Shown here piece after piece: positions 37,743 through 45,916 of a stretch of DNA of 64,000 nucleotides. Under the pieces are notes generated by a model that saw only the letters and a program-made list of their open reading frames with translations, made no database searches and was not told the DNA's origin. Where the stretch lies: NCBI GenBank assembly GCA_016712535.1, contig JADJQW010000002.1, forward strand, positions 1,556,458 through 1,620,457, in the 5' to 3' direction. The stretch comes from Flavobacteriales bacterium. GTDB taxonomy: Bacteria; Bacteroidota; Bacteroidia; Flavobacteriales_F; PHOS-HE28. Both the position numbers and the translations under genes were made by a program. The number at the start of each line of letters is the position of its first letter. The first letter of the stretch is position 1.

Positions 37743-38558
37743 ATGCGTCTCCCGATTCCGATCATCCTGCTCCTCACTGCGTGCTCCGGCCAGCCACCGG
37801 CCTCTGCGCCGCCAGTGACCCACGAACTGCGCGACGATCTCGCTCACCTGTTCAGCGATCAGCTGCTCAACGGCTCCTTCATAGGCTATGACGCGCATGC
37901 CGGTCGATGGCTCTTCATCGATAGTGCGCTATGCGACTCGGCCACACTGCCCGCGAGCACCTTCAAGATCCTGGGAACGCTCATCGGACTTGAGTCCGGC
38001 GCGCTTCCCGATGCGGAGCATGTGATCGCGTGGGATGGCCGCGACTACGGACGCCCTGCCGCCAACCGCAACCTCACACTGCGCGAGGCCTACGACGCCA
38101 GCGTGTTCTGGTACTACCGCGAGACCGTGCGTCGCATCGGGCCTGCCGGATTCAAGCAATGGCTGGATACCGTGAGCTATGGTAACGCCGACACCACCGG
38201 CGGCTTCGATCAATGCTGGGTGAGGGGAGGGCTGCGCATCACGCCGCGCCAGCAGATCGACTTCCTCCGCAAGCTGCACGACGGGCAATTGCCCTTCAGC
38301 GCGCGCACCTCTGCCATCACCAAGGACATCATGCTCCGCGAGGACACGCTGGGCCATGTGATGCGCGCCAAGACCGGCTGGGCCATGGGCGATGCCGGCA
38401 GCATCGGCTGGTACGTGGGCTGGGTAGAGGCCCCCGAACGCGCGCCGTACTTCTTCGCCAATCGGATCAGCACCAACGACACCGCGCACGCCACCTTCGC
38501 CCAGGACCGGATCGAGATCGCGAAGAAGGTGCTGAGGGCAGAAGGGGTGTGGCCGTGA
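37743..38558 (+). CDS. class D (OXA-type) beta-lactamase lipoprotein
   Basis: Lipobox 'LLLTACSG'. Active-site motifs 'STFKI' (S-x-x-K), 'YGN', 'KTGWA' (K-T-G) and 'WYVGWVE' (W-x-x-G) are in the canonical order and spacing. Confidence 0.75.
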   Translation: MRLPIPIILLLTACSGQPPASAPPVTHELRDDLAHLFSDQLLNGSFIGYDAHAGRWLFIDSALCDSATLPASTFKILGTLIGLESGALPDAEHVIAWDGRDYGRPAANRNLTLREAYDASVFWYYRETVRRIGPAGFKQWLDTVSYGNADTTGGFDQCWVRGGLRITPRQQIDFLRKLHDGQLPFSARTSAITKDIMLREDTLGHVMRAKTGWAMGDAGSIGWYVGWVEAPERAPYFFANRISTNDTAHATFAQDRIEIAKKVLRAEGVWP

Positions 38559-38661
38559 GCGGGGACTTCCACCGCATCAATGCCGGTCCAGATCGGCCTG
38601 TCTTCACGGAAGCTCGTGCAGTGCTCATCCAATGAGCCGATGAGCGCGAACGTCAGTGGCC

Positions 38662-38853
38662 TCAATTGAGGCTGAAGGTGGGCTGGCGCAGCACCATGCG
38701 CGCGATCACGCGGCTCTCATTGGTGCGCATGCGGCTGATGAGCGCCTGCACCTGTTCGTCCAGTTCGCGGTCGCTGAGCTTCGCCAGGTCCTTGTACACC
38801 GGCAAGCTGCTCTTGCTCTTGAGGATGAGCGCTATTTTGTAGGTGCGTGACAT
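38662..38853 (-). CDS. small hypothetical protein (63 aa)
   Basis: ORF with plausible AT-richer start context. No family recognised. Could be spurious. Confidence 0.2.
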   Translation of the reverse strand: MSRTYKIALILKSKSSLPVYKDLAKLSDRELDEQVQALISRMRTNESRVIARMVLRQPTFSLN

Positions 38854-39172
38854 GGTTCCGGGTAGAAGACGAGGCGAATACCCCGAGGGATGCCTTTCAA
38901 ACGGGTGCGAACGATCGGATTAGAGGAACGGCGGTGATCAGAGGAGGAATGGCGGCGGTCAGGAGGATGAACGCGGCAAATGGCTGTTCGATGTGTCACC
39001 ACGGTTTCGGCCGGGGGCGCGGAACACGAGAGGTTCACTGGGCAAGCACGGTCCGGGACCGCCCTCCCTCCGGTCGGGCTTTGCTCCAGGGGGGGGGCGG
39101 AGCAATCCAAGCTCGCTGCGCTCTCGAGGCTTCTCTTCTGCTATGCTCGCTCAAGCTGCGCTTGGCTCGCCT

Positions 39173-39209
39173 ATTCGAAGAAAAGCCCCGATGACTTCGT
39201 CATCAGGGC
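39173..39209 (-). terminator. rho-independent terminator downstream of tRNA-Pro
   Basis: On the minus-strand transcript: 'GCCCUGAUGAC gaa GUCAUCGGGGC' stem-loop with one G.U pair, followed by 'UUUUCUUCG'. Confidence 0.5.
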
Positions 39210-39218
39210 TTGCTTCGG

Positions 39219-39293
39219 TCGGGGTGAGAGGATTCGAACCTCCGGCCTCGTCGTCCCGAACGACGCGCGCTAACCGGGCTGCGCTACACCCCG
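39219..39293 (-). tRNA. tRNA-Pro (anticodon CGG)
   Basis: The reverse complement reads 'CGGGGTGTAGCGCAGCCCGGTTAGCGCGCGTCGTTCGGGACGACGAGGCCGGAGGTTCGAATCCTCTCACCCCGA'. It has a cloverleaf with 'GGTTCGAATCC' T-arm and anticodon loop 'TTCGGGA', and closely resembles bacterial proK. Confidence 0.85.
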
Positions 39294-39329
39294 AAGCGGG
39301 AAGGGCGCCAAATATAGACGAAGGGGCGT

Positions 39330-40016
39330 TCAGGCCTCGAAGGTGTACCCGATACCTTTCACGGTGCGGATCCGATCGTCGCCGATCTTCTCGCGCAGCT
39401 TGCGGATGTGCACGTCGATGGTGCGGTCGCCCACGAAGAGCTCGCTGCCCCATACCTGATTGTAGATATCCTCGCGCTTGAAGACCTTGCCGGGCTTGCT
39501 CATGAGCAGCACCAGCAGCTCGAATTCCTTCTTCGGGAGGTGCATCTCCTGCTCGCCCACCTTCACCAGCACCTTCTCCAGATCCACCCGCACGCCATTG
39601 GTCTCGAGGAACTGTCCATCCGGACGTTCGGCGCCGGAGCGCTTCAGCAGCGCCTTCACCTTGCTCACGAACACCTTGGGGCGCACAGGCTTCGTGATGA
39701 AGTCGTCCGCGCCGGCCTCGAAGCCTGCGATCTGCGTATAGTCCTCGCCGCGCGCTGTGAGGAAGGTGATCAGCGTGCGCTTGAACTCGGGCATCTGCCG
39801 CAGCTGGTTGCACACCTCCACGCCGTCCATGCCGGGCATCATGATATCCAGCACGATCAGGTCGGGGCGCTCGGCCTTGGCCACCTTGATCGCATCGCGG
39901 CCGTTCTGCGCTGACGATACCGTGAAGCCCTCGCGCTCCAGGTTGTATTTGAGGAGCTCGATGATATCGGGCTCGTCATCCACCAGCAGCACCTTGGGGT
40001 TCATCGCTCCGGACAT
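39330..40016 (-). CDS. OmpR/PhoB-family two-component response regulator
   Basis: Receiver domain 'KVLLVDDEPDIIELL...DLIVLDIMMPGMDG' with the phospho-acceptor Asp. C-terminal winged-helix 'RTIDVHIRKLREKIG...IRTVKGIGY'. Confidence 0.85.
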   Translation of the reverse strand: MSGAMNPKVLLVDDEPDIIELLKYNLEREGFTVSSAQNGRDAIKVAKAERPDLIVLDIMMPGMDGVEVCNQLRQMPEFKRTLITFLTARGEDYTQIAGFEAGADDFITKPVRPKVFVSKVKALLKRSGAERPDGQFLETNGVRVDLEKVLVKVGEQEMHLPKKEFELLVLLMSKPGKVFKREDIYNQVWGSELFVGDRTIDVHIRKLREKIGDDRIRTVKGIGYTFEA

Positions 40017-40475
40017 GGGTTTTTCTTTCGGCGGCAAAGGTGCCCGGGGATATCGGCAACCGTGTTAAGGCGCGATCAAATGTAGGTTAAGCCCTCAGGG
40101 CCGGTTTGACCGCATTTGATCGGCCAGTGACCTGCCTCGAGGGCAAATGAACAAGCACCACAGAGTTCGGCTCAGCACTTCGTGATCAGGAAGTGAGTGC
40201 GGTGGGTGTCCACGATCCGCGCGGGCCATGCGGTCGGCGTGCGAGCCTGCCCCGGCCCGCGAGCCGGGGTGCGTAGAGCCTGTGTGGTAGCCGAGCCGCC
40301 TGGACTTGGATCGTGGTCGCCTTTTGGCTCCACTCTTTTGGCGAAGAAAAAGGTGGAAACGCGGTTCTTTGAGAAGCACGAGCGTGTTTTCGACTCATCG
40401 GTTCAAACTGTGCTCCTGTACTTCGAACAGCTGGTGAACTTGCCGTTCCGCTCCATGCTACATTCGCCGCCACAA

Positions 40476-40548
40476 GCGGGAGTAGCTCAGTTGGTAGAGC
40501 ATCAGCTTCCCAAGCTGAGGGTCGCGGGTTCGAATCCCGTTTCCCGCT
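40476..40548 (+). tRNA. tRNA-Gly (anticodon CCC)
   Basis: 'GCGGGAGTAGCTCAGTTGGTAGAGCATCAGCTTCCCAAGCTGAGGGTCGCGGGTTCGAATCCCGTTTCCCGCT' has a 7-bp acceptor stem with one G.U pair and anticodon loop 'TTCCCAA'. Confidence 0.85.
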
Positions 40549-40652
40549 CAAGGCCCCGAATCATTTGGGGCCTTGCTTTTCGGCCAGTGCCGTAAGGCCC
40601 CCCAGTCAGGCAGCGCAACACCAAGCGACTACAAGCGTGAACTCCTGAACCC

Positions 40653-41321
40653 ATGAAATCGTTCCCCGATCGCCTCTCGCGCATCGCACCGGTGCTGCTC
40701 GTCCTGCACCTGTTCTCCGCCTGCAGCTCCGCCAACCCCGAATCCACCATCCATACCGACATGCAACCCGCTCCCGGCACCACCACCGATACCATCACCC
40801 TCGGCGCCGGATGCTTCTGGTGCGTGGAAGCCGTGTTCACTGAACTGAAGGGCGTGCTCTCCGTGACCAGCGGCTACATGGGCGGCCATGTGAAGAACCC
40901 CAGCTACAAGGAGGTTTGCACGGGAAATACCGGACATGCTGAAGTGGCGCAGCTCGTCTTCGACCCTGCGCAGGTCTCGCTGGCAGAGGTCCTCGAGGTG
41001 TTCTGGCAGACGCACGATCCCACCACGCTCAACCGCCAGGGCGCCGATGTGGGCACGCAGTACCGCTCGGCCATCTTCTGGCATACCGATGCGCAACGCG
41101 ATACGGCCGAGGACCTGAAGAAGCGCCTCGATGCCAGCGGTGCCTTCCCCGCGCCGATCGTGACCGAGGTGACGAAGGCCAGCACCTTCTACGAAGCCGA
41201 GAATTACCACCAGGATTATTACGCGCTGAACGGCTCGCAGGGCTATTGCCAGATGGTGATCCGCCCCAAGCTGGAGAAGTTCCGCAAGGTTTTCGCCGAT
41301 AAGCTGAAGAAGCCGAAGTGA
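40653..41321 (+). CDS. msrA: peptide methionine sulfoxide reductase MsrA (lipoprotein/secreted form)
   Basis: 'ITLGAGCFWCVEAVF' active-site GCFWC and 'YHQDYY', with N-terminal signal peptide/lipobox 'LFSACSS'. Confidence 0.85.
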   Translation: MKSFPDRLSRIAPVLLVLHLFSACSSANPESTIHTDMQPAPGTTTDTITLGAGCFWCVEAVFTELKGVLSVTSGYMGGHVKNPSYKEVCTGNTGHAEVAQLVFDPAQVSLAEVLEVFWQTHDPTTLNRQGADVGTQYRSAIFWHTDAQRDTAEDLKKRLDASGAFPAPIVTEVTKASTFYEAENYHQDYYALNGSQGYCQMVIRPKLEKFRKVFADKLKKPK

Positions 41322-41476
41322 GCTGGTCCATGACGTCCGCCATACCGAAGATCAGTGTCACCAGCTTCAGACGTGCTTCAATGGTTCCGGTTCATTGCGC
41401 CTACAGGCGCAGGGTTCTGTCCCGTTCGGTGAGCGCGGTCACGCACGGCATGGTGCCGAAGGCCCATCTTCGCGGC

Positions 41477-41917
41477 ATGGCGAAGCACAGCGTGGCGCAC
41501 AGCATCTTCCGGTTCAAGTGCCCGCATTGCCGCGAAGGCGAGTTCTTCGTGGACAGCAACCCCTACCACCTCTCCAAGGTGGGCGATGTGCTCGATGCTT
41601 GTCCGGTGTGCCAGCGCAAGTACACGCCCGAGCCCGGCTTCTATTACGGCGGCATGTACGTGGCTTATGCGCTCGCCGTGGCCACGGGCACCAGCATCTT
41701 CGTGGCCACCCTTGTGCTCTGGCCATCGGCGTCGATCGCCGCGAAGGCCGGATCAGTGGCTCTCGGCCTTGTAGCCCTCGGTCCATGGCTCTACGCGGTG
41801 TCGAAGACCATGTGGGCCAACCTCTTCATGCGTTACAAGGGCGTGGCCATCACCGAAGCCGAGCGCCGCTACGCTGCTGAGCGCGCCAAAGCTGCCAGTG
41901 AGCTGCCGCAGGCGTGA
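41477..41917 (+). CDS. DUF983-like small membrane protein with N-terminal zinc ribbon
   Basis: Internal Met 'MAKHSVAHSIFRFKCPHCREGEFF...CPVCQRKY' (CxxC...CxxC) followed by two TM segments. Confidence 0.5.
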   Translation: MAKHSVAHSIFRFKCPHCREGEFFVDSNPYHLSKVGDVLDACPVCQRKYTPEPGFYYGGMYVAYALAVATGTSIFVATLVLWPSASIAAKAGSVALGLVALGPWLYAVSKTMWANLFMRYKGVAITEAERRYAAERAKAASELPQA

Positions 41918-41923
41918 TCGCGC

Positions 41924-42661
41924 CTACTCTTGAATGACCTCCATGGTCTCCCCCTCGGCACCTTCGCCGGTCATCTGCTCCGCATCGATGGCTTGTCCGC
42001 CACCGCCGGGGTCCATGTAGTCGTTGATGAGGAAGACCACCTGATCGGGGACCTTGTCGGAGTGCGCGCCCACATCGCTGTACTCGCTATGCTCGCCCAC
42101 CAGGTCCATGATGCGGTCGGAGGGAAGGCGCTCGCTCAGCGGCGGCCCCATCGCGGTCTGGCGGTTCTGCCATTCCACCATCACCAGGTAGCGCGGGTAC
42201 TTCATGCCGGCGCGCATGCGCTTCAGGAAATCGGTCTTGTCCTTGATGCCCACGAAGCGGTGACCGATGAAGGCCATGTCCGCCTCTTCGTTGGTGATGC
42301 CGGGATCGCCCACCGGCACCGCGCGGATGCGCAGGCGGTCGTCGCCGAGGCCCATCTCCTTCTTCTTCGCCTCAAGCGCAGCGGCCTTGTCCGCTTCGTT
42401 CACCACAGCGATGACGTTCGCGCCGGCGGCGATGAACTTGAAGGTCCAGTAGCCATCGTCGGCGAAGAGATCGGCGATGGTGAGGTGCGCGATGTTGCCC
42501 ATCATGCCGATCACCGCTTCGGGCTTCTGCCAGGCATCGCGCGGGGTGGCGTTGGGCACCGGCGCGGTGTTCTGCGCATCGGTGCTAACGGCCCCGGGAC
42601 CGTCGGTGCTGCCGCTGCATGCGGCGAGCAAGGCGATAGAGCAAAGGGCGGCGAAACGCAT
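41924..42661 (-). CDS. hypothetical lipoprotein (class-I methyltransferase-like fold?)
   Basis: Internal ATG (cat at 42659..42661) followed by 'MRFAALCSIALLAACSG'. 'IAHLTIADLFADDGYWTFKFIAAGANVIAV'. Family uncertain. Confidence 0.45.
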   Translation of the reverse strand: MRFAALCSIALLAACSGSTDGPGAVSTDAQNTAPVPNATPRDAWQKPEAVIGMMGNIAHLTIADLFADDGYWTFKFIAAGANVIAVVNEADKAAALEAKKKEMGLGDDRLRIRAVPVGDPGITNEEADMAFIGHRFVGIKDKTDFLKRMRAGMKYPRYLVMVEWQNRQTAMGPPLSERLPSDRIMDLVGEHSEYSDVGAHSDKVPDQVVFLINDYMDPGGGGQAIDAEQMTGEGAEGETMEVIQE

Positions 42662-42986
42662 GACGGTTCTCTTTGGGGGCGCCAAATTAGAACGGTCCCG
42701 ATGGCAATGGCGTCTTCTCCGCCACATGAGGAGAATGGAAGAGGTCTGCCATGCGCTGGGAAGGGAGTTCAGCCACGGATGGGCGCGGATGAGCCTGGAT
42801 GGCGTTCGTCGGAGGGAAGCGGGTTGCCATCGATGCGTGAGCATCACGCCGTTCACCGTGTGCTTTCGTGGGCAAGTCACCGCGGGTAGCGCGAAGCAGC
42901 ACGGCTCAATGCAGAACCACAGCGCCAAGCGATGGTACCCCCGAGGTCGTTTACCCGCCTACATTCGCTGGCGCAAGCCGAATAAT

Positions 42987-43466
42987 ATGCCGGGCATCGA
43001 TCGAGAGCTGAAGAGCCGTTTCACCAGCGAGCAGCAGAAAGCCATGCTCAACGTGCTGTTCACGGCCAATTGGCTGCGCGCGCACCAGGTGCAGCGCCTC
43101 AAGCCCTATGGCATCAGCCCGCAGCAGTACAACATCCTGCGCATCCTGCGCGGCGCCCTTGATCCCGCGCACGCCTCGGAGTCGGAAGGCGGGCGCATGA
43201 AGGCGCAGAGCGTGAAGGAGCGCATGATCGACCGCGCGCCCAATGCCACGCGGCTCACCGACAAGCTCATCGTGAAAGGACTGGTGATGCGCGAGCGCTG
43301 CGAAGAGGACCGCCGGGTCATTTATGTGCGCATCACGCCCAAGGGCCTCGACTTGCTCAAGCGCGTCGATGCGCAGAGCCAGGGCGGATTCGAATCCCTG
43401 CTCAGCGGACTGAAGGAAGCCGATGCCAAGGCGATGAACCGCATCCTCGATGCGTGGCGCGGGTGA
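42987..43466 (+). CDS. MarR-family transcriptional regulator
   Basis: ATG at 42987. 'ISPQQYNILRIL' and a winged helix with 'DRRVIYVRITPKGLDLLKRVD'. Confidence 0.75.
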   Translation: MPGIDRELKSRFTSEQQKAMLNVLFTANWLRAHQVQRLKPYGISPQQYNILRILRGALDPAHASESEGGRMKAQSVKERMIDRAPNATRLTDKLIVKGLVMRERCEEDRRVIYVRITPKGLDLLKRVDAQSQGGFESLLSGLKEADAKAMNRILDAWRG

Positions 43467-44157
43467 GCGCTCTCCTTCTCTCTGCGCAGCCGTGCGCTCT
43501 TCCGGGCTTCGCGTGCTTTCCTGAAGGCTCTCTTGGCGTTTGCCGTGGCGATGCGCGAGGAGTGCTAGCCTCAGGGCCCAGGCATTCAATGCAAGCCTCA
43601 AGCTTGCAAAAGGCACAAACTTCAAGAGGTCAGGCTCCAGGCATTAGCTCCCGAATGCAGGCTCAAGAAAGGCAAAGAAGGGGGCGCTGGTCATTGACCT
43701 TTGCTGCAGGTGTTCGCGATGATCTTCGCGAGGATCCGGTTGTGCTCTGCGCATTCCTGCGCCAGCCATCGGAGATCCGCATCCAGCTCAGGCATCAGGT
43801 CCGCAAGGCGTTGGATGCGCAGGCTCGCGCGGTCCCTTGAATTCCTTCAGCACGATCTTGCATTCATGCACGAAGCCCTTTTCGGACTCGGCCGACTGTG
43901 AATCTCTGCAATGCAGCGCAAGGGAACCGCAACTGCGAAGGAATTGACCAGCGCAATGGCGACCAGCACGCGACATCGGCATATTCCGGACGTGGCTCAC
44001 GATCCGCGCGGCGAAAACCGTCAGCCGTGAATAGGTCTTCCATCCTTTGATGCGCCAAGCTGCCATCGCTGGAGATCCTGACGCTTGGAGTTTGATCCGC
44101 GCCGGTTGAAGCTTGATCATCTGAGCTTCAAAGCCTGCTGATCGGAGCTTCCCTTGC

Positions 44158-45465
44158 TCACGGCTTCCGCTCCTCATTGATTGCGCGCTCCCAGAGCTGC
44201 TGCCCGCTGGCATCGAACACGCGTATCGTCATCACCCGTTCTTTGCGCTTGCCCGCGAAGGTGAGCGTCGCGAAGTTGCGCTGCTCCACCAAAGTGCCGT
44301 CGATGCGGTTGGTATTGGTCTCTTTAGGCTTGTGCACGCCGCTGGTGAGCGGTGAGCAGGTGAGGTCGTAGAGTGTGCGGCCGTCCTTGAGCCTCACGGC
44401 GCTCAGTTCCGTGAAGTGCCGGTCGCCGGTGAGGAAGACCACGCCGCGGATGCCCTCGTCGTCGATGCGTTTCAAGAGCCGGTCGCGCTCGGCGGGGAAG
44501 TTGGCGTAGGTCTCGTAGATGGCAGCGCTGTTCAGCACCTGGCTGCCCACGGCCACGACCTTGAATGCGGCGTCGCTGTACTTCAGCGCACGGATGAGCC
44601 AATCGAGCTGGACGTCGCCGAGCAGGGCCGTCGGCGAAGTCTTCAGGTCGGCGCGGGTGCGGTGCGTGCGGTCGTCGAGCAGGAAGAAATCGGCGTCGGC
44701 ATAGCTGAAGGAGGTGATCGCGCCCGTTACGCCTGGTGCGCCGCAGCTGGGGTTCGGCCAGAAGAGGTTGAAGCTTTCCTGCGCAAGGTCGCCGTTGATC
44801 CACGAGCCGTCAGCATCGTTCGGTCCATAGTCGTGGTCGTCCCAGATGGCGTAGTGCGTGCCGGTTCGCAGGAGCTTCTGCAGCTCCGGCGTTGATCGCG
44901 TGTGGGTGTAGCGGTGCAGGTAGCCGCTGCGGCTTCCCCAGTCGGGCTCGCGCAGGTAGATGTTATCGCCGAGCCAGAGCATCAGGTCCGGTTGCTTCGC
45001 TGCGATGGCGTCGAAGATGCCATAGCCTCCGCCGTAGGGCGTGCCGGGACGGTCGTAGGCGGGCTCGTTGATGTAGGTGCAGCTGCCTAGCGCCATGCTG
45101 AAGGCCGGCGGATCGGTGCGGTGCTTCCACAGCGCTTGCGTGCGGAATGCGAGGGGCTCGGCCAGGGCCGGCTTGCCGTTCACGATAGGCCGGTACCGGT
45201 AGTCGGTGCCAGGAACCAGGCCGTCCAGGTTGAAATCGAGGCAATGCGCCTTTGCCGCTTCGCTGTCCTGCACGGGCGTGCGCATCACGCTATCCGGACT
45301 GCTCGCCTTCCAGTATTCGATGCGCGCGGCGCATGGTTCCTGGCATTGCATCCACAGGGCGGCGGCCAGCATGTCCACATGGCCTAGCATGGGTCCGTTG
45401 ATGGGGGCTTGCGCTGGGAGCGCGGCGCTGGCGAGGAGCGCGATGGAGAAAGTGGAATGGCGCAT
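44158..45465 (-). CDS. PhoD-like phosphatase / metallophosphoesterase
   Basis: Signal peptide 'MRHSTFSIALLASAALPAQA'. 'LWLGDNIY', 'YAIWDDHDYGPND' and 'VVFLTGDRHFTE' metallophosphatase blocks. Confidence 0.75.
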   Translation of the reverse strand: MRHSTFSIALLASAALPAQAPINGPMLGHVDMLAAALWMQCQEPCAARIEYWKASSPDSVMRTPVQDSEAAKAHCLDFNLDGLVPGTDYRYRPIVNGKPALAEPLAFRTQALWKHRTDPPAFSMALGSCTYINEPAYDRPGTPYGGGYGIFDAIAAKQPDLMLWLGDNIYLREPDWGSRSGYLHRYTHTRSTPELQKLLRTGTHYAIWDDHDYGPNDADGSWINGDLAQESFNLFWPNPSCGAPGVTGAITSFSYADADFFLLDDRTHRTRADLKTSPTALLGDVQLDWLIRALKYSDAAFKVVAVGSQVLNSAAIYETYANFPAERDRLLKRIDDEGIRGVVFLTGDRHFTELSAVRLKDGRTLYDLTCSPLTSGVHKPKETNTNRIDGTLVEQRNFATLTFAGKRKERVMTIRVFDASGQQLWERAINEERKP

Positions 45466-45644
45466 GGGGGCAAGGTAGGAGAGGGTGGAGTGGGCCGGTA
45501 GGCGCAGGCTAAGCCTGTGGCACGACGACCCCGATAGACCATTGAAGGCGCCGTTCTTTCCCATTGGACGCTCCGTTCCCTGCCAGCTGGTTCCTGCACA
45601 ACATGATGATTCAATCATACGCAAGGTTGATATCGGCTTCCTTC

Positions 45645-45749
45645 GGATGATCCGATCGCCGGTAAGGATGATCTCCTCTAACACGTGAATGATCCGATCG
45701 TCTACTTGGATGATCTCCTCGAACACGTGGATGATCTCTTCTTGAACGG
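45645..45749. repeat. 5 x 21-bp tandem direct repeats (two alternating subtypes) in divergent promoter region
   Basis: Units start at 45645, 45666, 45687, 45708 and 45729. They read GGATGATCCGATCGCCGGTAA, GGATGATCTCCTCTAACACGT, GAATGATCCGATCGTCTACTT, GGATGATCTCCTCGAACACGT and GGATGATCTCTTCTTGAACGG. CACGTG palindromes span the unit 2/3 and 4/5 junctions. Confidence 0.85.
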
Positions 45750-45916
45750 ATACGCCCGGCCGCCGCGCCCGCCTTCCGGAATGAGGTGCTGATCGGAACT
45801 CGTGCAAAGGCATGCGGCCCGCGCTCGCCATGCCAAGGATCTGCATGCGCAATGGCTGATGCGCATCAGCCCCGTCATCTGTTCACGCCGCTACCTTGGT
45901 CGGAAATATCCCCTGC

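Noticed and set aside
38855-39172. SRP (4.5S) RNA assignment for the GC-rich segment near tRNA-Pro
   Set aside because: I could not find the conserved domain IV 'GGUCCGGAAGGAAGCAGC'-type motif on either strand. It is kept only as an unclassified candidate sRNA.
39219-40548. tRNA-Pro and tRNA-Gly flanking a response regulator, considered as a genomic-island integration site
   Set aside because: There are no integrase genes, direct repeats of tRNA 3' ends or compositional shift. The tRNAs are on opposite strands and appear to be ordinary dispersed tRNA genes.
40197-40595. 132-aa plus-strand ORF
   Set aside because: It overlaps tRNA-Gly (40476..40548) and the GC-rich leader and has no protein-like features.
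42951-43625. 224-aa minus-strand ORF
   Set aside because: It is antisense to the well-supported MarR-family regulator gene (42987..43466).
45466-45852. N-terminal extension of the 564-aa PhoD ORF translating the 21-bp repeats as 'EEIIHVFEEIIQVDDRIIHVLEEIIL'
   Set aside because: The periodic peptide mirrors the DNA repeat. The genuine signal peptide 'MRHSTFSIALLASAALPAQA' starts at 45465, so the upstream part is non-coding.
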